DNA of 64,000 bases from NCBI RefSeq assembly GCF_964213995.1, contig NC_135808.1:14384001-14448000 (forward strand), given 5' to 3'. Below, one piece after another: positions 49,286 through 62,604 of the stretch. This DNA comes from Mustelus asterias (taxonomy: Eukaryota). The position numbers were made by a program, and so were the translations under genes. The notes below the pieces were generated by a model, which had not been told where the DNA came from, searched no databases, and worked only from the letters and a program-made list of their open reading frames with translations. Each line of letters opens with the position of its first letter. Within the stretch, counting starts at the first letter, position 1.

Positions 49286-52200
49286 ATGGATCCCGGTTTG
49301 CTCGATTTGGAGCTGGCCATGTTGGTGGCCACAGGGCGGGGGAGGAGGAGGAGGATGCGGCAGCTCAGGAGGTGGCGGGCATGGAGAGACCAACGCAAGA
49401 GCAGCCACCACCAGACCCTCAGGAAGAAGGGCAAGGGGCTGCCGCTGAGGGCCAGGAGATGGGCGAGTAGCCTCCCGAGATGGTGCACAGAAGGTGGAGG
49501 GTACCGAGGCTGAGGAGGTACAGGACCCAGACTTCCTTGGAGATCCTCTCGGAGGAGATGTGCCGCCACTGGCTGTGCCTGTCCAAGACTAAGGTGCATC
49601 ACATTTGTGAGGTGCTCTCACACCTGGCACCTCTGGGCAGTGGCAGCCAATCGCTCCCTATGGACGTGAAGGTGATGGCTGCCCTCAATTTCTCTGCCTC
49701 TCAGTCATTCAAGGCTCCCAGTGGCGACCTAGCTGGAATCTCCCAGGCCTCCATGCACAGATGTGTGCGGAAGGTCACAGATTGGATATGTCAGGAGATT
49801 CTGGATAGGTGCAGAAAAAATAGGGTTGTTGTAGTGGGGGACTTTAATTTCCCTGGCACAGACTGGAAAGTGCTTAGAGCTGGGGGACCGGACGGGGAGG
49901 AATTTGTAAAATGCGTACTGGAAGGTTCTTTGGAACAGTATGTAGATAGCCCGACTAGAGAGGGGGCTATACTGGACCTTGTTCTGGGAAATGAGCCCGG
50001 TCAGGTCGTCAAAGTTTCGGTAGGGGAACATGTGGCAAATAGTGACCACAACTCTGTTAACTTTAGGATAGTAATGGACAAGGATGAGTGCTGTCCTACG
50101 GGCAGGGTGCTAAATTGGGGGAAGGCTGACTATAGCCGGATTAGGCAGGAATTGGTGGATGTTGATTGGGAGAGGATGTTCGAGGGTAAGTCCGCGTCTG
50201 GCATGTGGGAGTCTTTTAAGGAACTATTGATAAGGCTGCAGGATAGGCATGTGCCTGTAAAAATGAAAGATAGGAAAGGTAGGATTCGAGAGCCGTGGAT
50301 AACCAGGGAAATTGAGGATCTGATTAAAATGAAAAGGGAGGCGTACGTTAAGTCCAGGCAACTGAAAACAGATGGAGCTCTGGAGGAATACAGAGAGAGT
50401 AGGAAAGATCTCAAACGGGGAGTTAGAAGGGCAAAAAGAGGGCACGAGATGTTCTTGGCAGGCAGGATTAAGGAGAATCCTAAGGCATTCTATTCATACG
50501 TTAGGAACAAAAGAGTTGTCAGGGAGAAAATCGGACCTCTCAGGGACAAAGGAGGGGAATTATGCTTAGAACCCAAGGGAATAGGGGAGATCCTAAATGA
50601 ATACTTTGCATCGGTATTCACGAAGGAGAGGGGCGTGTTAACCGGGAGTGTCTCGGAGGGAGGTGTTGACCCGTTAGAGAAAATCTCCATTACGAGAGAG
50701 GAAGTGTTAGGTTTTTTAGGGAACATTAAAACTGACAAAGCCCCAGGGCCTGATGGCATCTATCCTCGACTGCTCAGGGAGACGAGAGAGGAAATTGCTG
50801 GGCCTCTGACGGAAATCTTTGTCGCTTCTTTGGACACGGGTGAGGTCCCTGAGGATTGGAGGATAGCGAATGTGGTCCCGTTGTTTAAGAAGGGTAGCAG
50901 GGATAACCCAGGAAATTATAGGCCGGTGAGCTTGACGTCCGTGGTAGGGAAGTTGTTGGAGAGGATTCTTAGAGACAGGATGTATGTGCATTTAGAACGG
51001 AACAATCTCATGAGTGACAGACAGCATGGTTTTGTAAGAGGGAGGTCGTGCCTTACAAATTTGGTGGAGTTTTTTGAGGAAGTGACAAAAACGGTTGATG
51101 AAGGAAGGGCCGTGGATGTCGTCTATATGGATTTCAGTAAGGCATTTGACAAAGTCCCACATGGCAAGTTGGTTAAGAAGGTTAAGGCTCATGGGATACA
51201 AGGAGAAGAGGCTAGATGGGTGGAGAACTGGCTTCGCCACAGGAGACAGAGGGTAGCAGTCGAAGGGTCTTTTTCCGGCTGGAGGTCTGTGACCAGTGGT
51301 GTTCCGCAGGGCTCTGTACTGGGACCTCTGCTATTTGTGATATATATAAATGATTTGGAAGAAGGTGTAACTGGTGTAATCAGCAAGTTTGCGGATGACA
51401 CAAAGATGGCTGGAATTGCGGATAGCGAAGAGCATTGTCGGGCAATACAGCAGGATATAGATAGGCTGGAAAATTGGGCGGAGAGGTGGCAGATGGAATT
51501 TAATCCGGATGAATGCGAAGTGATGCATTTTGGAAGAAATAATGTAGGGAGGAGTTATGCAATAAATGGCAGAGTCATCAGGAGTATAGAAACACAGAGG
51601 GACCTAGGTGTGCAAGTCCACAAATCCTTGAAGGTGGCAACACAGGTGGAGAAGGTGGTGAAGAAGGCATATGGTATGCTTGCCTTTATAGGACGGGGTA
51701 TAGAGTATAAAAGCTGGAGTCTGATGATGCAGCTGTATAGAACGCTGGTTAGGCCGCATTTGGAGTACTGCGTCCAGTTCTGGTCGCCGCACTACCAGAA
51801 GGACGTGGAGGCATTGGAGAGAGTGCAGAGAAGGTTTACCAGGACGTTGCCTGGTATGGAGGGTCTTAGCTATGAGGAGAGATTGGGTAGACTGGGGTTG
51901 TTCTCCTTGGAAAGACGGAGAATGAGGGGAGATCTAATAGAGGTATACAAGATTATGAAGGGTATAGATAGGGTGAACAGTGGGAAGCTTTTTCCCAGGT
52001 CGGAGGTGACGATCACGAGGGGTCACGGGCTCAAGCTGAGAGGGGCGAAGTATAACTCAGACATCAGAGGGACGTTTTTTACCCAGAGGGTGGTGGGGGC
52101 CTGGAATGCGCTGCCAAGTAGGGTGGTGGAGGCAGGCACGCTGACATCGTTTAAGACTTACCTGGATAGTCACATGAGCAGCCTGGGAATGGAGGGATAC

Positions 52201-52880
52201 AAACGATTTGTCTAGTTGGACCAAGGAGCGGCACAGGCTTGGAGGGCCGAAGGGCCTGTTTCCTGTGCTGTACTGTTCTTTGTTCTTTGTTCTTATGCCC
52301 TGTGTGCCCGGGCAGGGCAGTTCATTAATTTCGATGTGGGCCATGCACAGCAGCAGGCCCGGGCTCATGGCTTTGCATCCATCGCCGGGATTCTGAATGT
52401 GCAGGGCGCAGTGGATGGCACACACGTCACCTTGCAGGGCCGCAGCAATTTTTTTACTGGAAGGGGTTCCACTCCCTGAACGTCTGAATTGCCTGCGACC
52501 ATCTGTTCAAGATCATGCAGCTCGATGCATGCAACCCAGGGAGTGTCCGTGACAGCTTTGTGACCCAGCAGTTGGACATCCCTGGGCTATTTGAAGACGA
52601 GCTCAGGCTCCCAGTATGGCTACAGGGTGACAAGGGTTACCCACTAAGGTCATAGCTGATGATGCTTGTGCAGAGGCTCCAGACCAAGGTGATAAACCAC
52701 GACAACAAGGCCCAAGCAGCCACCTGGTCCATCGTTGCGCAGTGCACCGGCCTGCTGAAGGTGCAGTTCCGCTGCTTGGACCGCTCTGCGGAGGCCCTCC
52801 ATTATGACATTGTGCATGCTTCATGCATCGTTTCCATTTACTGTGCTCTGCACAACATGGCCCTCATCCCGGAGGCCAGC
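49286..52880 (+). pseudogene. Harbinger (HARBI1-like, DDE_Tnp_4) transposase pseudogene split by CR1
   Basis: VKVMAALNFSASQSF..GDLAGISQASMHRCVRKVTD, then after the LINE ALCAR..VQGAVDGTH, GDKGYP, FRCLDRS and CALHN; frameshifts and stops. Confidence 0.9.
49784..52294 (+). mobile_element. 5'-truncated CR1 LINE with an uninterrupted RT frame, nearly identical to 3752-6260
   Basis: Forms the C-terminal ~810 aa of ORF 49480-52215; (tgttctt)n tail; AT duplicated at the junctions. Confidence 0.97.
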
Positions 52881-53848
52881 TGGAGCAGGAGGAGGAGGAG
52901 GAGGAGGGGGAGGAGGAGGGGGAGTGAGGGGGCGAGGTGGGGGGCGAGGTGGGGGGCGAGGTGGGTGCCCCACCACATGAAGAGCCGGAGGAAAGATGGC
53001 GGGCGGCAATGGCCGTTGTCTGACATGGAAGGGCAGTGAGGGATATCTTGATTGCAGCCCGCTTCACCTCGCTAGTGCTGTGCAGCGAGGGGGTTGCAAC
53101 GAACGCACGTCCACCACATCCCAGGAGAAGGTGCAGCTACTCTTCCCCTTCCAAATCAACCTGGGTCCTCAAACCATTACATCACCATTCCCCTGCTCCT
53201 GTCATCTGACCACCCTTTCCCCCAGAAACATCCGACCCTATTAATGTGCCTGGGGTGACAATGGTTGCGAGTCTTGGTTGAAGGTTGGAGGATGATGATG
53301 AATTCCTGTTATGCATACTAGGATCCTGCCCTGGTGCAGAAGAGAATCGGAGACACGTTAATCATAGCTTGATGTGCAATTAACAGTTTATTGTGCTCTT
53401 AACATAAATGATTATCAAACCCCGACTAATGCTGATCTTCACCCATACCTCCAGTGAACTGCAACTTTCTAACTTTGTGCTGTCTGCTGCTTCTTCTAGG
53501 CGCTACGTAGGATGCACATCAGAGGTGGAGGTGCCCAGCTATGATCCATGCCCCGTTGCCTGTGGTACCCTTGGCGGAGATCCCCTGGGTGGCCGGGACC
53601 TGGAGGGCCCCGGCTGACTTGCTGTTTTGGTGCCACCCTGTTCATCTTGCTGGCCTTGAGAAGCCCCGGTGTGAGGAAGGGGTGAGTTCGAAGGTCTCTG
53701 TACATTCCGAGATCTCCTGGATGGAAGACACTGGCATGGCCTCAAGCCCTTCTTCCTCCCTTGGGGTGCCCAGGGGCCCTAGAGGCACTCCGTGCGTAGC
53801 CAGTGTAGCTGGACTGAGTTGCCGAACCTCCGGCGTCACCTGGCTCTG

Positions 53849-55519
53849 TCAGTCCTGGAGGCCTAGATGCGTCTGCCCCTTGATGTGTGATCCCTCAGCC
53901 CTGGCCCTCGGAAGCTTAGCCAAGCTCCGGAGACCCTCCTCTGCAGCATTCTGTGAGCAAGCCAGGTTCTGGAGCCCTTCAGCTGGAGCCCTCTGAGCCT
54001 GGGCTATGTTGTTGAAGCTCACAGCCATGGCCTGCTGTGTCGCCAGAATGCCAGCGAAATTCCCAGCCATGACCAGCAGTGTGTCCCACATGCGCCTGAC
54101 ACCCACGTCCATTGAATGCTGTGCCTCCTGGTTGCCGGAAACGCACTCGCCCGTGGCTCGTAGTGTCTCCAGGATGGCCTGGACCCTGTCACCCACGAGG
54201 AGAGACCCCCTGAGCTAGACCTTCCATTGCGGTTGCCACCCTTGAAATGTTGGCCTGGGTCTCACGCTGTGTCGGCACCACCTTCTGCAACAGCACTCTG
54301 TTTGACTTGCCTGAACAGCCTTGCAGTCACAGCATGTTTGCTGACAGCCCTTCCACAATTCCCTGGGTTTCCTGATGCATCTCCACCAGCCTTGAGAGGA
54401 ACAAACCCAGAGGCCCAACTGCTGGCTTGGGGACAGCTAAATCCTGGCCTCTGGCAGACCTCCGTGTGCCCAAGCCCACGGGTGTGCCCACCTCCACCGG
54501 ATGTGCATCAGCAGCTGTGATATGCTCACCAGATCATGACCCAGAAGCCTCAACACTAAAGGTACCCACCATGGTGATCGTGTCTCTGTTGGTAGGTTGT
54601 GTGGAACATGCCGGTGATGCTTCAGTGGTGTTGCCCTTGGAGCATTCCTCAGTGCCTACCTCCAAGGTGTCATCCAGGAGGTCGTGTGCAATTTGCTCCA
54701 GGGCAGCGGGGGTGGTGGAAACACCCAAATGGCCGGGAACGTCTGGATCCAGAGCTGGAAAAAATAACACACATTAGGGGGAACGAGGCAGAACATTCCA
54801 TGCAGCATCACACTTATTTAGAGGAGGACCAAGGTTGAGGGTGCGTTTCTGCTCTCTTGAATGCTGTACACCGACCTGGCTGTCGTTGACTATTCGGTAT
54901 GACCCATCACCCCCTGCCAGCACCATGGCACGCTTCTCTATGCTAGTCAGCTGCCACAGGTCAGGCACACCACCACCAGACTGTGTCCTCTCCAGTGCAT
55001 TGCGGATTTTCTTTTCCTGTGGGAACTTGGGGTGATAGCAAGCATTAACATATTGCAGTGCTTGGTGCGCAATGTATGCCTGTGCTCGGGTATTGTTCTG
55101 CCAGCTTCGGGGAAAGCAGTCACCACTGAAGGGTGCTCCTTGAAGGGTGAGGGAAACGGGTTAGATTCTGTTCCTGGGGGAAGGGTACCTTGTTGCATGC
55201 CCTTCAGGTGTCTAAGCAGAGTTGGAGATCCGTGCCAAGCGTGTGCCCGTTTCCAAGGATGCTCACTCATCCTTGCAGCTCGCAGAAGGTCGTACACTTT
55301 TTTGCGGCACTGCCCGCCAGAGCACGGTGTGAGGCTCCTGGCATTCATCACTTCTGCCACCTCCTCCCACAATGCAGTGGTAGATGCACTCCTTCGGTTA
55401 GGGCCCTGGCCATGGAACAGACGATCACACCTCTCCTGCACGGAAGCTAGCAGGTGCTCCTGGTCTGCCTCCGAAAATCCGAGCAGCCTTCTTTGTGGCG
55501 TGACTGTTTGTGTGTCCAT
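53849..55519 (-). pseudogene. Harbinger Myb/SANT-like DNA-binding gene, multi-exon, decayed
   Basis: Exon 1 55271-55519 (FSEADQEHLL..LWEEVAEVMNA..QCRKKVYDL) has its donor mutated to atgagt. Exon 2 starts at 55016 (EKKIRNALERTQSGGG). Confidence 0.82.
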
Positions 55520-55689
55520 TCCTGCAGCTTATATACAGCTGTGGCTTGTTAGGAGAGTGCAGGTGCATTGAGTGTGGGCAGTCAAGGGCACGTTGCAACA
55601 AATAATTGTGAGAGATTTTGAAGGCTGCATTCAGTTGAGTGCCATTCACCCCTCAGTGTGCTGACTGGCTGCCATTCAATAGGCTGCTG

Positions 55690-57085
55690 TGTCCGGGGGG
55701 GGGGGGGGGGGGACGGGAGGGGGGAGGGGAGGGGGCGATGGGTGTGCAATACTCGGGGCTCCTAATCGATTAGCTGCTGTGTCCACAGGGGTGTCTGGGG
55801 AGAGGGCGGGGGGTGGGGGGGGAGGGGGCGCGGTTGGTGGTGGCGGGGATGGTGCAATACGCAAGGCTCTCATTCAAGAGAGGGAATGATCACAAGCTGG
55901 GGTTGGGCATATCAGCACAACGCTAGGTCTCTGCAGGGCAGGAATGAGGACAGTAAGTTCATGAGATGGAGAGATTGCATACCCGCATTATTCGGATCCA
56001 AGGGACAAGCGGTGAGCGCGCACCAGGTCTGTGTGTGGGGGGCGACGAGAGGGGGCGGGGGGTGAGGTGGGTGGTGTCAGCAATGAGGCCAGCAATGTCT
56101 CTGTGGAGGGGTTGTGGGGCCAGCACTGAGGCCAGCGATGTGTGTGGGCGGGGCGGGGGGGGTGGGGGGAGGGGGGGGGGGGGAGGGGGGAGGGTAGGGC
56201 TTGTGGGGGGCCAGTGCTGGGGGCTTGTGGGGGGCAGTGCTGAGGCCACCGATGCCTCTGTGGGGTGGGGGGGGGGGCGGGGTTGTGGGGGCCAGCAATG
56301 AGGCCAGTGATATATGTGTGTGTGTGTGGGGGGGGGGGGGGGGGGTTGTTGGGGCCAGTCCTGAGGCCAGAGGTGACTCGGTGGGGGGGCGGGGGGCGGG
56401 GGGGAATGGGGGTCCAACTATGAAGGCAGCGATGTCTCTGTGGGGGGTGGGGGGGGGCGGGATTGTGGGGGCCAGCATTGAGGCCAGCGATGTCTCTGTG
56501 AGAGGGTTGAGGGGCTCAGCAATGAGCCAGAGATGTCTCAGTGGGGGCATTGTGGGGCCAGCATTCAGTCAACATTAAGAGCATTCAAATGGCTATTGGA
56601 TAAACATATGTATGATATTGGAATAGTGTAGATTAGAGGGGCTTTAGATTGGTTCCACTGGTCGGCGCAACATGGAGGGCCGAAGGGCCTGTACTGCGCT
56701 GTAATGTTCTATGTTCTGTGTAGCACTGAGGCCAGCGATGTGTGTGTGTGCGTGTGTGTGTGTGGGTGGGGGGGGGAGAGCTTGTGGGGGCCAGCGCTGG
56801 GGGCTTGTGGGGGCCAGTGCTGAGGCCACCGATGCCTTTGTGGGGTTGGGGCGGGGGGGGGGGGGGGGGAGGGGGGGCGGGGTTGTGGTGGCCAGCGATG
56901 AGGCCAGTAATGTGTGTGGGAGGGTTGTGGGGGCCAGTTCTGAGGCGAGCGATGTCTCTGTGGGGAGGTTTTTGGGGCCACCGATGAGGCCAACGATGTG
57001 TGTAGGGGGGTATGGGAGACAGCGATCAGGCCAGCGATGTGTGTGAGGTGTTTGTGGGGGCCAGCGATGAGGCCAGCAATGGCTG
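55690..57085. repeat. G-rich imperfect minisatellite inside Harbinger, with a short CR1 3' tail at ~56567-56717
   Basis: Recurrent gtgggggccagc(g/a)atgaggccagcgatg motif and long G runs. Confidence 0.85.
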
Positions 57086-57419
57086 AGCTTTCGGATGGCA
57101 TGATCTGGATGCTGGGAGGTCTTTTCCGCGATCTCCCAGCAATATGTGCATGCCGGGTTCTCGCTCATCACGCCGATTTCAGGTGCTTTGGCGCGAATAA
57201 GCCCCGCTCCCCGAGGGTTTAAAAATATTCACGACTGGGCCCTCTGCAGTGCACAGAGTGCGGAGATTCGGGTGAGAAGCTGAACTGTCAGAACTGTTCT
57301 CCCACCAATTCAGCACTTTTAGGAGAATCGTGGCCGTGATTTTCCAAGGAGACCAGTCAAAACCTCTTCAATCTATCGTCATGATTGAACAATTCTTGGA
57401 AAACTTCACAAGTCGAGTT

Positions 57420-57720
57420 TTTTTATTTATTGATTAGCGTCATAAGTGGGCTTATATTAACACTGCAATGAAGTTACTGCGGAAATTCCCTAGTCGCCAC
57501 ACTCCGGCGTCTATTCGTATATATAAAGGGAGAATTTAGAATGGCCTATCCACATAACCAGCATATGTTTCGGACTGTTGGAGGAAACTGGAGCACAAGG
57601 AGGACACCCACTCAGACATAGGGACAAGATGCGGACTCAAGTCACCCAAGCCAGGAATCGAACCGGGGTCCTTGTCGCTGTGAGGGAGCAGTGCTATCCA
57701 TTGTGCCACCATGCGGCCCC
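57420..57720 (-). mobile_element. V-SINE, same family as 35525-35821
   Basis: Shared tail ttatt..acactgcaatgaagtt..gtcgccacactccggcg and tRNA-like head. Confidence 0.85.
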
Positions 57721-57729
57721 TACAATGTA

Positions 57730-59000
57730 TCGTCTTCAATGTTTTTGTCACTTTCCTATAATGCAACGCTCAGACATGTACACACTGCTCCAGCTGTGAT
57801 CTCACGATTGTATTTTATACGTTCATCATAACATCGTTGCTCTTGTATTCTATGGCACTATTTTTAAAGTCCGGGAAGCGGCATGCTTTATTAACTCCAC
57901 TCTCCAGTGTCCCATTACTTTCAATGAACTATGCAAGTATATACCCTGGTTTCTCTAATTTTGCACCCCGATAAGTATTTCCCCCCTTATTGTATATTGT
58001 CTGTCCATATTCTTCCTAGAAAAATGCATCACGTCACATTTCCTCACAGTAAATTTCATCTGCCACGTTTCTGCTTCTTTCACCTTTTCACTCTAGCAAC
58101 TTGTCCATGCCCTTTAGAAGGTCTAAGCTGTCGTCGCAATTTACAATGCTTCCAAATTTTATCTGCAAACTTTGAAATGGTATCCTGCACACTTATTTCT
58201 GGATCTTTGATATGTAAAAGGAAAAGCAGCAGCTGATACAAACTCCTGGAGAACTATACTACAATGCTTCCTGCAGACACAAAAATGTCCATTGATAGTT
58301 ACTCTCTGTTTCCAATTACTCCACTAATTCGGTATCTACGTTTCAAGTGTTTCTTATATTCCATGTATTATAACATTTCTTATAAGTCTGTTGTGTGGCA
58401 TTGTATCAAATGCCTTCTCAAAATCCATGTACACCACACCAATCACATTACACTCATCGATCCTTACCACTTAACTAACTCCATAAAGGTTTTTAAACAT
58501 TATTGACCCTTTACATATCCATATTGTCTCACTCTAATTATCCCACATTATATATGTGACTACCAAATATATCCTGTCGAATAATTTCTTGAAACTGTGA
58601 AACAACTGATATCAAAAGGGTTGGTCTGTAATTGCTGGGCTCATTTTTACATTTTTTTAAAAGAACGGCATAAGGTCTGCAATTCCCTAATATTTTGGCA
58701 GCACCCCTGAGGCGAGGGAAGTTTCAAAGATTAAGGCCAGTGCCCTTTTAATTTTCGATCCCATTTTCTTCAGTATCCTTGGATGCATCCTATCTGGTCT
58801 GATGCCCTGTCAACTTTATGTACTGACAGCATACCCAACGTTCCTCCTAATCAAGTTTGAATCCTTCTACTAACAGAGTTTCTTCCCTATCAGTATGACT
58901 TGTGTAGCATTTCTCTCATTGTTAAAGTCAGATCGAAGTGTTCACTTAACATCTCAGCTATCTCCTTGTCTCCATGTAGAAGCATTATTTTCGGACACTA
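57730..59000 (-). mobile_element. Old decayed CR1 ORF2 fragments
   Basis: Reverse complements of KFAD, DF.KAFD and NYRP motifs. Confidence 0.6.
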
Positions 59001-59939
59001 ATAAGCACGACAACTCACATTACGATTTAATATTCATATGCCTACAGAAAACGTTGGGATTGCCCTTCATTTTGGCTGTCCTTTGGTTTTCAGCCCTTCC
59101 AATGATTTTAGCGGCTTCCCCGGGTCTACTCTTCCCTGAATTCTCGTAGTTTTGAAAAACCACGTCAACTTTTTTCCTTGCCTTTACTTCTCTAAGGATA
59201 ACTGCCCCAAATTCTTCAATATTTTCTCGTATGTCATTTTAGTTCAGCACCATCTTGAATTAATTTACATAATCTCTAAAGCAGATGGCAGAAGTCGGAT
59301 TGGGTACTCCTGTATTTTATAAGGATTCACCATAAACTCCTTGCTTCTGTGCGTCATGCCACGATTTATAAAGCCCAGGAATCCTTATGCTTTACCAATT
59401 ATTTTAATAATCTGCCTGCAATCATCAACAATTTATACATCTGATTTGTTCATCTCCTCCAGTGCTCTTTTCAGAACTGTATCTTATGTGTGACACCATA
59501 TTTCCATCTTTTTAAAAATATTGCATCAATTTAGACTTCTAAAACTTATTTTCAATTCTCCAAATATCCGCCATTCCATCATTCTGTGAAGTTTGGAAAT
59601 CTATCTTCAGCTTTCTCCCAGCTCAAAACACATTCACGTTCATATGTCGTCTTCTCGTACAAAAAAAACAATGAAAACATATTTTGTGTTTCTGTCTCTG
59701 AGCCAACTTTCTTTCGATGTTGGGACTATGCCTTTTATTCCACGGTCCCCAGATTTGCTGGCCAGCCTGTTATGTGGTACTTTATCAAATGCCTTTTGAA
59801 AGTCACGTGGGCATTATAAATCACTTTACTCTCATTAGGTTCGTGTTTTACCTCCAAGAAGCCTACATAAAATTAGTGAAATCCCATTGATCCTGAACAG
59901 GTTTTTGCTGTCGGTAATTCACATTTATCTGAGTATAGG

Positions 59940-60045
59940 TTAAAGTAAAGTTTATTTATTAGTCACAAGTAGGCTTACATTAACACTGCATGACGTTAGT
60001 GCGAAATCTCCTAGTCGCCACATTCCGGCGCCTGTTTGGGTACAG
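59940..60045 (-). mobile_element. SINE 3' fragment
   Basis: Matches 35525-35610. Confidence 0.75.
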
Positions 60046-61048
60046 TGAATTCTGTCCCGGAATATGATTTTTGATAGTCTTCTCATGACTCTCGTTAAAA
60101 TGTGTGTTACAGGGTTTATTTTTGCACTATTTTGAACCACGTGTGTATTATCTGAATTTCCCTAGTCCGCTGGTACCACCGCCGTACTTGAGAAAAAGTG
60201 AATTAGTGTGGTCAGTGCCTCTGCAATTTCTAGCACTAGTTCGCTCAGTATCCTTAAATGAGTCTGTTCTGGTTCTGGTGACTTGTCAGTTTTAGTTAAT
60301 GCTCGCCATTACGGTAAATCCCCTTTATACTTTTCAAACAATTATTTTTTTTAAAGCTTCTCTTTCATTATGACTTTGAAAGCGTCTTTTTTCGTGCTGA
60401 AGAAAGATGCAAGGTACTGATAAAATACGCCAGACAAGTTCTCTCCCGACAATTGTGACGCCCCTTTTAGATAAATCCATTCTTCTTCCCCCTATTAGAA
60501 CTTTTAAAAATTATGTATATGCAATAGAATATTTTATTTGATGTAAGTTGCCATACTCGGGTAATAATCTCCACGCTGTTCACATTTCTTGTTTAACATC
60601 CCCTCTGAACTTCCATATATCGTCTGGTTTTCATTTGAATTGTCAAGTTGGCATTTGCCATAAGTATCATTTTTTTGTTCCATCTTACGCTGTTTCCTTC
60701 TTTATTCAGGAATTGCTGGCTTTCTTTGCCCCAACTTTCCCTGAGGAGATGTTGGATTTAAATTGTATCCACAGTGCCTCCTCTTTAAAAACAGCCCATT
60801 TCTAAATTACTGTTTAGCCTGCCAACCTGATATTTAATTTACTGGCGCCAACATAATTCTCACCCCATTGAAATTCACACAAATGCCCAATTATTCATCC
60901 GTATGATATTTACCTTTTTCTCCTTGACGGTTTCCATAGCTAACATAAACTGTTATAATATTATGAGCCCGAAATTATCTCCAAATGATCCATTTGTTCC
61001 ACTTCTCTGCCCAGATGCAAATTCAACAAAACTCTTCTTTTGTTTCAG

Positions 61049-61075
61049 ACTTCGAGATAGTAAAATGGATGAAAG
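61049..61075 (+). CDS. Candidate microexon (27 nt)
   Basis: cttcttttgtttcag|ACTTCG...TGAAAG|gtaaat; DFEIVKWMK in phase 1 or LRDSKMDE in phase 2. Confidence 0.4.
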
Positions 61076-61140
61076 GTAAATATTTTGAAACATTATACGT
61101 AACTTAGCAATTGCAACGTACTTGTTTTTTTCTCTTGTAG

Positions 61141-61184
61141 CTGCATGGAATTAGAATATAACATACAACGAAACCAGTCATTAG
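61141..61184 (+). CDS. Candidate exon (44 nt)
   Basis: ttttttctcttgtag|CTGCAT...CATTAG|gtgagg; AAWN* in phase 1 or SCMELEYNIQRNQSL in phase 2. Confidence 0.4.
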
Positions 61185-62604
61185 GTGAGGAATCTTAAGA
61201 AGATGGTGGGTCAAAATGAGTCTCAGATTCCATATCTGATATCTTAAATATAATTCAATATCTTAACTATCACTCCATGCTCGCCCAGCTTCAACCCAGA
61301 TCCGTCTTGATCACTTCTAGGAGTTGTCTCATGCGTGGACGATTGCTTGAATTGTTTGTTCACGCTCAAAATCTATGCCGAATCTGCTTCGTTCGGCTCG
61401 ATTGAATGCAAAATTATCACAACCTTGCTTCACCTTCGTATACACTACTCAACTGCAGTGCTGGCTGCTCGCCCAGAAATGGTATATACTGCGAAGATAT
61501 TTATCGTCTATGTTGCCTTCACTTCGTCACACTCTTGCAGTCCTACTTTACATATCCCTTCGTCATCTTATCCAGTCAACAAGCCAGGGATATGCTCCTC
61601 ACCCGTACATAGCCATCCTTATAATTGTTTGCCTTGCCACGTCACTCTGCAAAAAGTAACTGAAGTTTACCATTTTCAAACTCAATATTCAGACTGCATA
61701 AATTTTTCCTTTTCACTGTAATGATATTCCCACATCTGGAAAACATTAGACCACTTCCTGCTCCTGATTTTATTCCTCTTCTTATTTTGCAAGTGAAAAT
61801 GATTGTGTTCTTTCTCGTCTTTAGTTTTTTTTACTGAACTTAATCTCTCGATGTTTAGATTGCGTACTGCACGTGAATTAAATCAAAGACATTAAAATGC
61901 GAAAACCATGAAACAAAGAATGTACATTGACTTAAATAATTGAAATTTAGAGCGAGATGTGTTTCTATTGCATGTATTTAAATACTATTCTATGCATTTT
62001 CGACATACGGAAAATTGCATTTAGTCAGCAGAACCTGCGTAAAAGATAAAAAGGTATATTTTAGGAATTCACTGGATATAGAAAATAATACGCCACTTAA
62101 TGAATCCATCATTCTTCTATTTCCTTTGTATCATCATTGAAAGAACGATTCCACCAATTGCATGTCCTGATTTTCCAAATCTGCTGCAAAATGTTCAATT
62201 TAAAAATGATTATCCCCTACGAAGTTAATGAATAAGCTCCATGCCTTTCAGTCAGTGCATACCAAAATACAATAAATCACGAGACAGATTTATTCGCCCG
62301 CATGGCTCTTATTTAACAGTTGCCAAAATAATGTCTCTTCGCATTTCCAACGCATCTGGCATTGGAATTCGTTTCTTATATACTGTGTCCAAAACATTCA
62401 TGATTTTAAACATCACTATTAAAACGTTTCCTAAACTTGTGAATTTAAAAAAAGAACGATCACAGGTTTTCTATTTTCTTTGTGCAACTAAAATGTTTCA
62501 TTCTTGTTAGTATTTTATCAATTTCTTCTGCATTAGCTCTAAGAACCGCTATAATTGCTAAAGCTTGATGGCAATCCAGCCTTTTAAAATGTTTTGTATA
62601 ATTC

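Larger units (their letters stand above)
48280..57335. mobile_element. Decayed PIF/Harbinger DNA transposon with convergent transposase and Myb/SANT genes
   Basis: DDE transposase on +, Myb/SANT gene on -, right end ggagaatcgtggcc. The left end was not found. Confidence 0.88.

Noticed and set aside
52216-53040. Host HARBI1 gene
   Set aside because: It is frameshifted, LINE-interrupted and paired with a Myb gene and a transposon end, so it is a decayed transposon and not the domesticated gene.
55676-57222. Pro- and Gly-rich ORFs
   Set aside because: Translations of the G-rich minisatellite.
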